Notes under the pieces: generated by a model
Databases searched by the model: none
Told to the model about the DNA's origin: nothing
What the model saw: the letters and a program-made list of their open reading frames with translations, nothing else
Program-made: the position numbers and the translations under genes
In this document: piece after piece, positions 34,101 to 48,495 of the stretch
Numbering within the stretch: position 1 is the stretch's first letter
Layout of the letters: every line of letters begins with the position of its first letter
Assembly (NCBI GenBank): GCA_052327205.1
Contig: CM126228.1
Location: forward strand, 31,186,001-31,250,000
Direction of reading: 5' to 3'
DNA length: 64,000 nucleotides
Origin: Somniosus microcephalus
Taxonomy: Eukaryota

Positions 34101-37100
34101 AGGGCAGCACCGTGAGACCTCGGGTCAGAGGCGCCCATCTTGGGCTTGGAGTGCAGGATTTTGGTTGGACGGTGAGGGTGAACGCATGTCTTCCTCTCTC
34201 TCTCTCTCTCTGTCTCTGTCTCACACTACCATCCTCTCCACCTGCAGCTCGCAGTTTATCTCCAGGGAGTGCAAAACAGGAGATGACACTCTGCAAATCG
34301 CTAATTAGACTTTCCCAGATACCTCGGGATGCAGTTTGCCTTTTCGCTTCTATGCAGCTTTACAGCTAAATATAGATGAAAGCTTAATTTGTTTAAAATG
34401 TTAACATGCAGCTTTGCTTCGGCATCCCTGCAGTTTTTTTAAAGTCTATCTATTTACATCAATGTTGTGACACCTAGTATTTATCTGTGTGTCCATGCAT
34501 TGGAATGTATGGATATACTGTATTGATATAGGGGTATGTAGCCTGCATTGGACCTCCATTCTTTGGCACTTTTTCCTTTCCTTTTTCTATTAACACTTAA
34601 GTCAAATGCCAGATGATATCCAGTTCACTGAAGCTTCCACGGATATCTTCTCCTCGCTTTCTCCTTCTATTCCTTCTCCATAATTTTATATTACAGCCCT
34701 TTCATCCTTAGCATTGCACTTTTCCCCACTGTCAGAAATCGCCTCCTAATCAGTGTCTATCGATTTTCGCACCTCTTTCTATCCTGTTATCCCCACATCT
34801 GAAACATGCCTTTAAAGCCTCTCTCTTTACACACAATGATTTACCCCTTTGCACCGTGCTCACCAGCGAAAAAAACAATCGATATGCCCGTGTTATTTGT
34901 GTGTGATCAGTAAATATTTAGTGTGGTGACATCTTCACCTTCCCTCCCAATCGATACAGGGCCCAATAGGCGGCGTGCTGTAATCTGTAGACAACTACTG
35001 TCTCCAGCTCTCTGGTGTACCTTTCAAGCCCCTTTTCGTTCTTTCCCTTTCTGCTCTTCTGTTCAGGCCCATTTCATCTTGCCTCAACCTCTGAGTCACG
35101 CCCAGTATCCCTTTAATGCGACACCATTCTTAATAAGCTGGCCGCCTTGTTATCATCAACTTTCCATTCAGAAAACTGAATCTTATTAAGGCTGCACTGT
35201 GCATAACTACTAATAGCTTTATCCAGCACAAGTATTGATGCTAACCTGAATTTTTGTGGCGCCATGCATTCAAAAGACTGTATGTCCGACAATCCATGAG
35301 TTGTGCAGTGTTTATCTCCAACAGTGCCATACACTCATATATCTCGTCTTTTAAAGCTGTATTTTTCTAAGAAAATTAATATTTCAGCATTGAAACGTGC
35401 AGGTGTCGTAGAATTCGCACATCTCTCATTATTTGACTGGGAACTCTTGCTGAAATTGAACTTAGAAATCAAAATTTTCTTTTGAAATGTAAGGCAGCAC
35501 TGTTAACTATATTTTATTGTCAAGACCAGGGCGTTGATATTACATTTGATCATTATGATTCTTCTATCCTTCGCAAATAGGTCACAATATTATTCCCTTA
35601 CACGTTGAGCACATTCCCCTAGACTGTCAGCTTTTTAAAAAGTATTTCTCAATATAATATTTTAAATGAATGAAACTAAAACGCACCGGTTTTTTTTCAT
35701 CTAATTGAACAAATGACAGCTTGGCGTAGAAATTGCTTCACTTATTAATCAGCCTCCTCACAATTTAACCACGTCAGGTCTTTTAAGAAATTGTGTGCTA
35801 TACATGGACATCTGACTGGGTTTAGTCTGTAGACATTAAACACCTAGAAAATCTCCAGTGCTCACATCATTATCAATTAAAATTAGGCTTATGTATAGGT
35901 GATAAGGGTTTGCATGGTTTATGTTCAAATGCATTTTAAATTGTTCTCCCTCGTTTGGCCATTTTACTTGTAGATTTGTTCTTTATAAAACACAAAATCA
36001 TTGAAGAAATCGCCGCTGGACAGACGACGTATTTTATTGATATATATAGTGTCAGTAGAAATGGCTATGTCTTGTTTAGGTTCTTATATCTATTGTGCCA
36101 TTAGAAATGGCTGTATGGAAAAGTGGTGGAGCGGCTAATACTGGCAAGATTTGGAAGTGCACATATACTTAATGATTTAATTGCGGCAGATTCCTACCCC
36201 AGAATCCGGAGGGTGAGGAGTATTTAGCTGCAATCAGGCCAGAAATGTTGCACAAGATTTTTCTCTTGAAAGAGCGCCTATGTGTCCATTGAAAGGCGCT
36301 GATCCGAAAAGACAGAGGGGACAAATAAAAATCGATCTGAAGCGACCCTGGCCGTCCTTTTCACACGATTCACACACAATCCCCTCTCAACTCTGCCAAG
36401 ACAAAGGCCCGAGGCTGGGGGGATTCTCCACAAGCTACAGATACCCTTTCGAAAACGCGCAGATAATTTTACACTGGGTACAAACCACATTCTAGATCAA
36501 CAGTTCATCTCAAAACCACAAAGTAATATTATTAGCTCTTCTGTTGATTGGGGAAGGGACGCTTCAGCGTTGGGGGAAATGTACTCTGAGCCTGAAATAA
36601 CTTTATAGAAGAAATAAAAAACACATATATTAACTTTGACAAAAAGTTCTCTAAACTCCAGTAACCACACAAATCAGTTATTATTTAGGGAGGGGGGAAA
36701 GGCTGCAAAGTAATTATTTATCTCCCCTTGTCCTTGCTAAACTAACTCAGACGCAATGTAATTCTGCTTTGCAACTGATGCATGCATTCTTAACTATTTT
36801 CTGTACTTCTGGTCTTGCATCACCGCCCCTACAATTTGTATATATATATATTGGCAATTTTACTAAAAGCTGTAGAACTGACCACAGCTAAAGAGCAAAA
36901 TTGCACAGTGCGTTGCAGCTTGTCGCTTGGGGTGTTTATAAGGCGCGGCTCGCATTCCACAGCACTCTCACCAGCTCGGCGATATCGATAGCCCCATAAA
37001 GTTAACCGAAAGATTGGGCGAAAGTTAAACTGCAAATCGAAAGTACTTCCCTGGTTTCGGAATATTTATGTAAGCCTCCCGCTCTCGCCAAAGGCTAGTC

Positions 37101-40100
37101 TTTTAAAAAAAAAATCACTTTACACTATCGGTCGAACAAACAGATGACGGTCGATGAAATGAATGATTCTCTTCAATAGACAAATAGATCAGGTGAGGAG
37201 GAGACGAGCCCTCCTTCAGTTCACCTGCCAGAAAAAAAGAGAGATTCATCTCACTCAGTACTTTCCAACTCAGTTCCGCCAAGATTCACAACTTCCTGTG
37301 TCCAGAGGAGACTCGAACCCATCACGATGCAAATAATTTCGGACACTGAACAAAGACAATTGCAAGCAATGACGTTTGGTATGTGTTTAATAAATATATA
37401 TGTATTTTTACTTAATCGAGGGAAGATACGCTTTTCTTGATCAAAACATAATCGTTCTTTAAACACCTGTATTTATTAATTAATCTATATTATTTTGACA
37501 CCAAGCAGGTTTTGAATTTCAACACATGCTCTACTTTGGAGCATATTGAATATCCGTTAAAACATTTAAAGTTTTGCTGCAGTTCATTTGAGATATTTAA
37601 AAGAAATTCACTCCAGCTCGGGTTCTTGTTCTGATTATTTTGATAATCTAGTCCACAGCCCTTACGGTTCCGGGTAGTTGTGTGTGTGTGTGTGTGTATA
37701 TCTCCAAATGCAATAGCGATCACCGGTCGGAAATTCAATCGAACCGTGAATGGGTCGCATATATCGCACGGCTGTGTAATATTAGGATTATACAACAAGA
37801 AATAACACAAATTCGCCGACTTAGAAATTAAGCCAAAGGACTTAGACCCATTCTAAAGCGATTGCCCGTTGTGTGCGCAGATACCCCAAAGCCTCTTTGC
37901 CCTGTGTTTCAATGAGTTAGATTTGTTTTTCATTCATTGCTAAATTGCTGTGTAATAGTGCTTTGATTTACAACACTGGATATCCCTGGCGAGATCATTT
38001 TTAAAACTTTTTAAAAAAACAAATACACTCTGAATCGCCACAAATGAGAGAGTAACCGTTGCCACAATCAACAGATTTATTTTGAACTGTGTATTAGAAA
38101 TTGGTACTCACCACTTTTATACAGATCCACATACCCATCTGAAGATTAGGAAAAAAACAGATATATTTATTTATTGGGGAGGGAAGCAGTCGACTTCGAT
38201 GTGGTTATACTGCGTTAGAAGAACCGCTTTAGAGAGAGGGGGAAAAAAAACAAATCTGTTAGCAATCGGTTCTTTTGGATATTAGACAAATATCAGCCAC
38301 CTAAGTCAGGCAAGCGTCCAGGCAGATCTGGAAAAAACAAAGCGACGGAGATCACGCAGTCCCGCTCAGGAACGTCCGAGTCAATTAGAGAAAAATCCTA
38401 AAGAATTAATCACATTAAAGGTGCAGAAGTTTTTTTTTTCGGGGTATAAAGGACGCGTTGTGAGCGAGGAGGCGCCGCGATCCCTTTGAATGGCTTTCCT
38501 CCTCTGGAGTTCTACAGCGACACTCCATACGCTAGGTGGCAGCCAGATACTGTACAAGATTTTGACAAATTCTCCAGCATATGCTGCGATTTAGCACTGT
38601 AAATTTTTCAGAAGCCCGCTACACTGACAGCTCCCGGCGGTTATCAAAGTACCACAAGTCACCGCTTAAAAACTGCAATGACTTTGAGATCACCGGGACA
38701 CAATGGGAACCACTTTCCCTATTCATTGTGTTGCAATGTAGTGAGGGAGAGAAAAAAACAGGGCAAATTCACAGGGAACTCAAATTCAATAGATCTAGCT
38801 GGTTATCAGAGAACAACTGGGAAGTATGTGGCATCCAGTTCGTGTTATAAATAGGTTTCTCTAGCCATGCTATGGTTGGCATCCAATTCAATATTAATTT
38901 ACCAAATTCTATACTTCCCTCCCTTTAAAAAAAAAATTGAATTGCGAGTGACTGGTTTCTGACTGCCTCGCTGGTGGGTTTCGGAGCAACACAAAGTTAC
39001 TTTTGAAATTATTGCAAAGTGCAACCTGTCCATTTGTTATTAAAAAAAAACAGTGATTCCATTCTGTTCCTGAATTCCAAACTTTTGTGTGCCCTTCTAA
39101 AAAGGCTATTAGCACCACGCGCCCTTCGCCAGATAACACTGATATTATGACACGTTGGTGTAATCACTAACAGAAGATATTCACTTCATATTTCTCAAAA
39201 TTAACCGCATGTTGCATTTTAGTCTGTTGACTATCTGCTCAAAGTAAATACTTCATATTAATCTTTTGTCTGACCCCTTTTTTAAACTGTTAAATTTGAA
39301 AATATGCATGCATTTTGTAGGTTGCAACATATATTGTTTCAGATGCTATACTGAGGAATTTGACCATTCTTTACTGATCTGAATGAACGTGGTTTCTGTG
39401 TGCTTGCATTGTGAAATGGACATCAAGACGATAATAAGTTGATTTACCCCCAAGTAACCACAGTATGAGGTGTTACAGTTTTTATCACTTCATTTAATTG
39501 CAGGAACACTGCTAAGAGATTGCAGCCACATATTATACACGTTCAGCTAGATTTCTGAAAGAAAGTCCACACGGCAGAGAGGCAAAATGTTATCTTCATC
39601 AAAGTAACGGTATTTAAAAGTACTACCCACTGCACCTCAAAGCGAACACCTGTTTAATGCAATGTTCCCATGTTCGTGTGCTATCTCCTCGAACGTTTAT
39701 AATTTCATATTTTATATATTAACTGGGAAACCTTGCAATCATCGTTTTAACATGTAAATATCTGAACATTCACGGTAACACACACTTTTAAATTTCAAGG
39801 CTTAATTGCCAAATGTATAGGGTTTCTCTAAAATGTGTTCTAAAGCGTATATATATAGTGTGTTCACTACTGTGAAATCTGCATTTACGACTCAGCGCGA
39901 GCGAATTCTTAATACTTTGCAGTTTCCTACAATAATATATTTCCTACTCTATTTCTCTGCACATATTAGTTCAATTACATATATTTATTTAGCATACTAG
40001 AAGAATTTAGCAAAGTATCCATTACTACAATTAAATATAACATACAATGCGACCAGACCCTCCAACACCATTGCATTTACCTGAGTCTGTATATTCCTCA

Positions 40101-41279
40101 CGAACATAATAACATTTGTCAATTCTACTCTGTTGAAACGTCAATTTCTTAGTTAATTCTAGTAGCACCGACAATAGACTAACCCCATCCAACCCCGAGT
40201 GACCACTAAATACAATGTGGTATAAATAGAGTTGTCTTTCTTCCAAAATAGAGACATTGGAAATTCGAATCCATTATCACAGAGGGACAGGAGGGAAAGT
40301 CTTATCGGGGCAGCTCCGCTCCAAAGAATCGGCGCTTTTCCACATAGTTTTGGGTGTTTTGATGCGAAATGGCCCATTCATCTGTATGCCTCTATGTATA
40401 TATGTGTCTGTCTATGTATGTTTCTGTTTATCTAGCTAACTAGCTATACGCACACTTCAAAGCTGTTTTCACTTTTAAGTATTTCAAAGTAAACGTGGAT
40501 ATTTATCCGTATTAATAATGGTTCATCAGATGAATGAGACCCTCTCGAGCATTCATAGCTTTTCTAAGGCTATATGCCTTCCAGAACGCAAAGGAACAAT
40601 TATTCTGCATAAACTAGCCACAGCTGATTTCTGACATTGTTTTCCTTCATTTTATTTTGGATACTTTGCTAAAATCTCCAATAATCCTCGCTACATTTCC
40701 AATAGCTCCCGTTAGGATGTCCCAGTTAATGCAATAGCATCGCCGCCAATTTTACATCTTCAACCTCAACTTTTGCCGTTGAATAAAACTGCCTTGCGAA
40801 TAGTATGGTTTTCTGGTATTGATGGAGCTTTGGTTTACATGAATATGCTAACTATAGAAGCTTGCAAAAAAGAGGTATACCCTAGCAAGCTATACAGTGG
40901 TTTATTTATTAATGCCAAGTAAATTCTTCATATATCAAGATTCAATTTCCATAAGAGAAGCGTTTATAAATAATTTTAATTGGGACTGTTCAGTGTTTGT
41001 TGTTGCACAAGGTTTTCTGAGCTTTTAATATTCTTTATTAGGTTATTTAATATTACATATATATTTGCAGTTCATTTGTGGGAGTTACATTTAAAACCTT
41101 CAGCAATTTCCCCCATCTATTCTTCCAGAAATTGAAAAAAATGAAAAAGTGGGGGTGGGTTGGGGGTGGGGGGGGGGGGGGGGAAGAGAAATAAAAAACT
41201 TATTTTTTCGAAATAGACCTCTGCGCATGGATGTAATGTAAATTTGTTGGCGGCCAGGACGTGCTGGATAATAAGTAAG

Positions 41280-41475
41280 GTGCCTATCCAATGCGGTGCA
41301 GGGGGCGGGCCAGATGTCCCAGCCCCTCGAACCTAAAGCTCTGACCAGTCGCCTTTGATTGTCAGTCGCCAGCAGCCGCCGCTTGGCTCCGTCACTCGGC
41401 AGCGCCATATAAGGAAAGCATCTCCATAGAAACGTGTCAGTTTCAATAGTCGTGTCAAAGTTCACTATATACAGC
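41280..41475 (+). promoter_or_regulatory. NR2F2 proximal promoter
   Basis: CCAAT 41288-41292, GC box GGGGCGGG about 41302-41309, CArG CCATATAAGG 41405-41414, DR1 GTGTCA-A-AGTTCA 41452-41464, TATATA 41466-41471; CpG-rich; about 0.7 kb upstream of the ATG. Confidence 0.75.
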
Positions 41476-41706
41476 CATCCGCGCAGATTTCCCCTTTCAG
41501 AAAAATTACTCCGCAAGCCCGCTCGTTCAAATCGGATTCACTTGCAACCCCCTTTTGCATATTTGATCAGTTTGATTCTCTCTCGCTTCCCTTTTTCTGC
41601 CTCCTCTCGCATGAGAGAGGTTCTGTAGCTCCTTTTTTTTCCACGACGTCGACTCCTTTTTTTTGTAGTCTCTTTTTTTTCCTGCTGGCGAGTTGTTGAG
41701 TCTCTC

Positions 41707-41732
41707 CGTGTGTGTGTGTGTGTGTGTGTGTG
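41707..41732. repeat. (GT)n microsatellite in the probable NR2F2 5' UTR
   Basis: Direct reading. Confidence 0.9.
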
Positions 41733-41973
41733 CAGTTCTACCACTACCAGTACGGCGAAGAATTTATGATCAGTTGATGGTCGAGCACTTCTACTCCGGA
41801 TCGTGCATCTGCCTTCAAGAGTCGATCCTTTTTTTGTTGTTTTTTAATCTTTAACCTTTCGTCCCCCTTCTTCCTTTTTTTATGGGTTTCCTGAATGGCT
41901 GACTGCGTGCTACCCTGGTCCTGGCCCCCAGACTCTCGCCTCTTCTCTGCCGATCGGGTTTGAACTGCTCCAC

Positions 41974-42028
41974 TCTCTCTCTCTCTCTCTCTCTCCCTCT
42001 CTCTCTCTCTATCTCTCTCTCTCCCTCT
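41974..42028. repeat. (CT)n microsatellite in the probable NR2F2 5' UTR
   Basis: Direct reading. Confidence 0.9.
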
Positions 42029-42133
42029 ATTTTTTTTGTCAGCTAATCGACTCTTCTTCCTTCATTTTCCTGATCCGCCGATTCAAAGACAAGACCTTTT
42101 TTTTTTGTTGTCTGATTACACTCTGCCCGAGAT

Positions 42134-42554
42134 ATGGCAATGGTAGTTAGTACGTGGCGAGACCCGCAAGACGACGTGGCCGGAGCGCAGGGCACACAGC
42201 CACCCCCGCCTCAGCAAGGACCGCAACAGCCTTCTGGTGCACCCCTTACCCCGCAGACCCCAGGACAACCGGGAGCCCCGGGCACCCCGGCCCAGTCCAA
42301 CCAGCAGAACCAGCAGCAACCCGACAAGCAGCAGCAGCATATCGAGTGCGTGGTGTGCGGAGACAAATCGAGCGGTAAACACTACGGCCAGTTCACCTGC
42401 GAAGGCTGCAAGAGTTTCTTTAAGAGAAGTGTGCGCAGAAACTTGACGTACACATGTCGTGCGAACAGGAACTGCCCCATAGACCAACACCACCGCAATC
42501 AGTGTCAGTACTGTCGCCTGAAAAAATGCCTCAAAGTCGGCATGAGACGGGAAG
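42134..42554 (+). CDS. NR2F2: COUP-TFII nuclear receptor, coding exon 1 (A/B region and C4 zinc-finger DBD)
   Basis: [12 protein letters not shown]...[36 protein letters not shown]...CLKVGMRRE; phase-1 donor G|GTATTG at 42555. Confidence 0.95.
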
Positions 42555-43247
42555 GTATTGAGAATTCATTTATTTCAACTGTTTGAGCTCGTCTAACCAC
42601 CCCCTACCCCCAAACTCCCACCCAGCAGAAAAAAAATCTGAATAGTTCTCACATTAATTCTATAAAGTTAAAATGTGTTTCATGCATGCCAGTTAAAATC
42701 AATTGTTATCGTCTGTCTCTAGACTTTGTAGGGTGTTTGTGGTTGAGAAAGTCTTTTAAGTGTTCTTGTAAATGTTTTTTTTGTTGCTTTCAGTTTGTGA
42801 GAGAGAACTGTGTGTGTGTGTGGGAGAGAGAGAGAGAGAGAGTGTTCGAAAATAGTAAGTTGTAGATTAACCGAATAGAGCGTGCTTTGATTGTAATCTA
42901 ATTTGAAAAATGTGTTATGTTACACACGAAACTTCACTTGAATAGGGAGGAGGGTACTCATAATGTGCTGTGCAAGTTGCAGCAGTTTGCAGAGTAAAGT
43001 CCAGCTAGGAAAAGAAATCAGCCATTGTTGTAAAATATTCAATCAGTTTTGACATGCTTTAGGGAAATGACATCGCCAAATTGCATGGCAGTGCTCGGTT
43101 TGCAATATGCAGTGTCGGTTTAAAACATGCAGCATTATGTTGTAAGATCGATGAGATTTTAAAAAATAATCATAATTTTATACTGTGTGCAGCAGCTATT
43201 GTTGTTTGTAAATGGCCAGGGGTGTGTATTGTATGTTAACTGTCTGA

Positions 43248-43859
<612 letters not shown>

Positions 43860-45114
43860 TGATCTGTAATCAGAACAGCCATGATATCAGATCAGAATGA
43901 ACATGCAGTCAAATATTCAGCTCTGATCTCTGCGCTCAGTGCTGTGTCATGTACCCTTATATAACGTCTATATTAATATAGAAACGGCTGGAAAGTCTTC
44001 ATGTTTTAGCATAATGTAAGTTTTAAAATATGATTAAAACACTTAGTAAGATACATTTAACCATTTGTAGTGATTTTATCTCAAAGGCAGTTACTGCATA
44101 TTTTCCAACGTTTTGCATGCAAACCTATCTCAATATTTTTTTTAAATGTGCGAATGAAAACCTGGAGAGAGATAAAAATATAGTTATATTTTTCATTTTT
44201 CAAGCATTACAGATTGAATCGCGAGCCCCCTTCATATTGTGTGCAAAATTGCTGCATTTAAGTTCTAACAGTAGCGCAATCATTCATCTGGGGTTGGTAT
44301 AAAGCTTTCAGGGATTGATATCAGGAAACAGAAAATTCCAGTTTATGTGGGAAAGCGGTTCACAGTCCTTTCCTTGTTGTGTTAGGGTGATCTGGGTATC
44401 CAGAGGACTCTCTGGACCCCTTCCAGTGCTCGGGTCGTGACCCAAACTTCCTTTTTTTATATTATTACTTCACACATAAAAAACGACGCTTTTCCAAAAC
44501 GTCTTTTTTTTAAACCAAACTAATCAAATTAGAAGTGAACATTTAGTTAGAGGAAGAAAAAAAAACAGGCGACTGAGCTTAAGTGGGGGTGACGTTTTGT
44601 GTGTTTGCTTTAAGTTATCACATGCCAGCTTTTATGAAGTAGTATTTTTCTTAGTCTTTTTTTTATACTTGAATTACTAACCGACTTGGAAACACTTTTA
44701 AATGTTATGCGGTTTATTTTGTTTGTTCAGTCTACTTGATCCTACTCAACCAAGAGCAATCGATGACATTACCATAGCAGTTAATTTATTACTATTTGTA
44801 AAATGTCAGGCCTTGTGTGCAGCGAAGCAAACTCACTGTTCTGCGAGCACTTTGGTGTTGCACGCGGTTGAAAAAAATACATATACGGATAAATGTATAC
44901 GCTGCTCGCCAGTGATAGCTAAATCTGGATTGAGTTTGCAAAACCAAAAAGTATTATGTAAAATGTGGTTGTGAATGGTTGCTGTATCTGTGCTTTGTGT
45001 TTTCTTTGATGCTTATAATAATATGCGTCTGTTGGGCTGGGTTTGCAGCATTGCAAGATGCAATGGCTAGGTCAGGTCATAACCTATGCTCTCTAATTAA
45101 AGGTCCTATGCTAG

Positions 45115-45477
<363 letters not shown>

Positions 45478-47170
45478 ATAGGAGGGGGAAAAAAGGCAAG
45501 TGACATTATTTTGCAAATTCCTTCTGTAAGAAAGGAAATAAAAGGCTGTTACAAGTTTACCTATGTGACACAAAAAAATGAAGAGAGGGAAGAAAAAAAA
45601 AGGACTGTGGATTTCAATGACTGTACACGAACTTAAAAACGCATTCAAAAACTCTCCGGTGTCGTTCAGAACAACTTGCTACTTATCATTTTGTAACAAA
45701 AGGAAATTAGTCTTTTATTTTGGTTTATTTTGTAAACTTTTGAGAAATATCGATATAAAGATAAGTGCATTTAAACAAGAATTTCAAAATTAGGAGGAAA
45801 GAAAAATAACCTTTTCCAAATTATTATAAATTGTCCTGTGTCTATGTATCTATAGCTGTTTTGTATTTTTCCTGGTTTCAAACCAGTCTCCTCTGTGATT
45901 CTCTACTAATAATTTTGATATAACCATTGCTTCTTATCAGATACGGTGTATCACGTAAATATGTTCTGCAAGAATTAAAACTGAATCCACTAAAATGTTA
46001 GACGAAAAGGTTTTTTTTGACAGGATTGAAAGTTAATGCTGGAAGCGCACTTATAGTGTTGACTCATAAGACGTTTAATTTGGGGGAAATTGACTGCAGA
46101 CCTATATTAAATGATACACACTTGTAATTTAAAAATCCATTGTTGAAAACTCGTTAATATTGACATGTGGGGGGGAAGTACATTGTGGGTATATTTCTGA
46201 AAGCAGAAATCTTTTATGTGTCCAAGACACAGTACAATTTTGTTTCATTAAATTTAAGACAATTTTGGTGATCTGAATGTGGCTCCATTTAGTTCCTGTT
46301 GCAGTATAGAGTCCTACGAGGCTCCAAAAAACGCCTGTTTGTATATTTCCAACCCATTTGTAACAATTATCAACCCATTGCCCTTTTAAAGGAAAAGTAA
46401 TGCCACAATTTCTTTTCTTGGATTCAGCATGGAACTCTATGTCGGCACTTACTATTTGACATGTGGTTAATTAAGTATCTAGAGTTTACAGTCGTGTATA
46501 CAAGCTGAAGGTTTTTTTTAAAAGTGCAACATTTCTGTACTGTAAGAGTTATGATTGGATTGTTTGGTCAGTCTTGTGTGTTATATTCAAGAAAAAAATG
46601 AAAGTATTCGGAGATTATAATATTATTTGATATATGGAACTTTTTCGCTGTTACAACTGTATGTTCACCCAAGGAAAAAAAATCTCATTACAATGGTCAA
46701 ACATCGCAGTTTACTGGAGTCATTACAATTCGTGGAGTATTTGTCTTATTTACTCAGTATACCTGTATAGTTTACTACCACTGTCTGTAGTAGTGGACAG
46801 ACCACATGCTCTTTCAATGAAAGGATGAACCGTGGACTCATGCTGCTCCTTGTCTTTTGGGTTTAGCAAATGACACCTTAAAGATACAGTCAAACAGCCC
46901 CAATACGACACGCCGAACCCCCCTCCCCTTTTAAATTCAAAATGCCATGGGGATTTTGACCACCGACCCTTATTTAGCTCTAACTTAAGTGCCTGTGCAA
47001 CCAATGTACATTAGACAGGTGTTAGGAAGCATGGATCATTATGTGGTTTAATGGTCAGGATTTTGTTTTGAAGCTTATTGTGTCTAAAGTTCACGCACAG
47101 AACACACTTAAACAAGCAATTGCTACTAGGAACAGTGTTGATTGTAAATAAAATATATTAAATGAGATTT
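45478..47170 (+). other. Probable NR2F2 3' UTR
   Basis: AT-rich sequence after the stop, with AATAAA at about 45473, 45537 and 47147 and several miRNA seed matches. The true end cannot be determined from sequence alone. Confidence 0.55.
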
Positions 47171-48462
47171 ATTCAAAAAAAAGTATGTCTGGAAAAATGT
47201 GGTTGCCAATTTTTGTTATTGGAAGATCTTCAAACTGAGGATGATGTGACTGACGTTTGATGTGTAGCACTAAAAGTGAGCCTGATTTTATGTATATAAA
47301 TATAAATTCATTTGAATTTTTATATATGGGAATAGACTGTGAGAGCATGGCCACAGGTCGCTAACACATTTTACATTTGTTACATACATGTAAATGTTTG
47401 ATTGTATAGAGGATATACATTTGGGCGAATGTTTGCCTTCAGTGCTCCCATATACCCTTGTATTAAAAACAAAACACAAAAAAAATAATAACAGAGCGAG
47501 CTGGTTTGGGTTGGCCAAGCCATTTGTTCCAAGCTTTTTCTGGTAGTACTGCTAACTACACTGCAGTGTGAAAACTTGCATTTTGTCCCTTTTTTTAAAG
47601 AAAAAAAACCCTTTTTTTGTGTGGCTGTCCAGCCACACACTACATCATGTTGTGGTTGCACAAAAAAAAGAATCATTTTGTATAGTTGATGGAACAGTGA
47701 TCTTTACCTGTTATAGAGACAGATCTGGACCAGAAATGATGTATGATTGTGATTATTAACACGTTTGCAGCTGACCCCACGTTTTTTACTTCAGGGTATT
47801 GCTACGCTGTTCTAACTTATAGATCGAGCCTTTTCAGATGTTTTTTATTGCAAGTAATATGTGTGTGGAGTTACTACGCCAGACTCCTGTTTGTGTTAGC
47901 TATTGTATACAGCGTTTTTGTTGTAAATTGTTCTTGGTATTAAATTATAATTTATGGCTTTGAATCGAAGGCTCTCCCTGTTTTATTCCCTATTTTCTTA
48001 ATTTAAATATCGATAAACCGAGGCCTTGATCATAATCCACTATTATGCATAATACTATCTATACATAGTAAGAAACATCTCTGTACAGTAAAGTTCCCCA
48101 ATTGCAGATTGCAGGATTATCTGTCCTACTTTTAGTTTAGGTTAGTTTATAAATAATAATACCCTCCCCCCTCCCTCCCCCCTCCCCTCCATTCAAAAAA
48201 GTTTCCCCTATTCTAGCTGCTTTCGAACAATAAAATTAACCCGGGGGTGAAACTGACAAAAGGGATTGAAATTGACGAGCTTGTCCTTTAACCGGCGAGA
48301 TCTGAGGCCGTTGAAATATGGTGACGCTCGCCTGAAGTGTCCATTTTTTTCCTCCGGCTCTTTTTTTTAAAATCTGATCTTACTTCGCATTTCTGTGCTA
48401 GGGGTTAAAAGAAACCAGCCAAACATGATCTGCAAGCTTGTAGGGCTCCGGCGTGCCGCCCC

Positions 48463-48495
<33 letters not shown>

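Noticed and set aside
42116-42493. Antisense ORFs over NR2F2 exons (also 43445-43726 and 45111-45452)
   Set aside because: Shadow frames of a conserved coding sequence.
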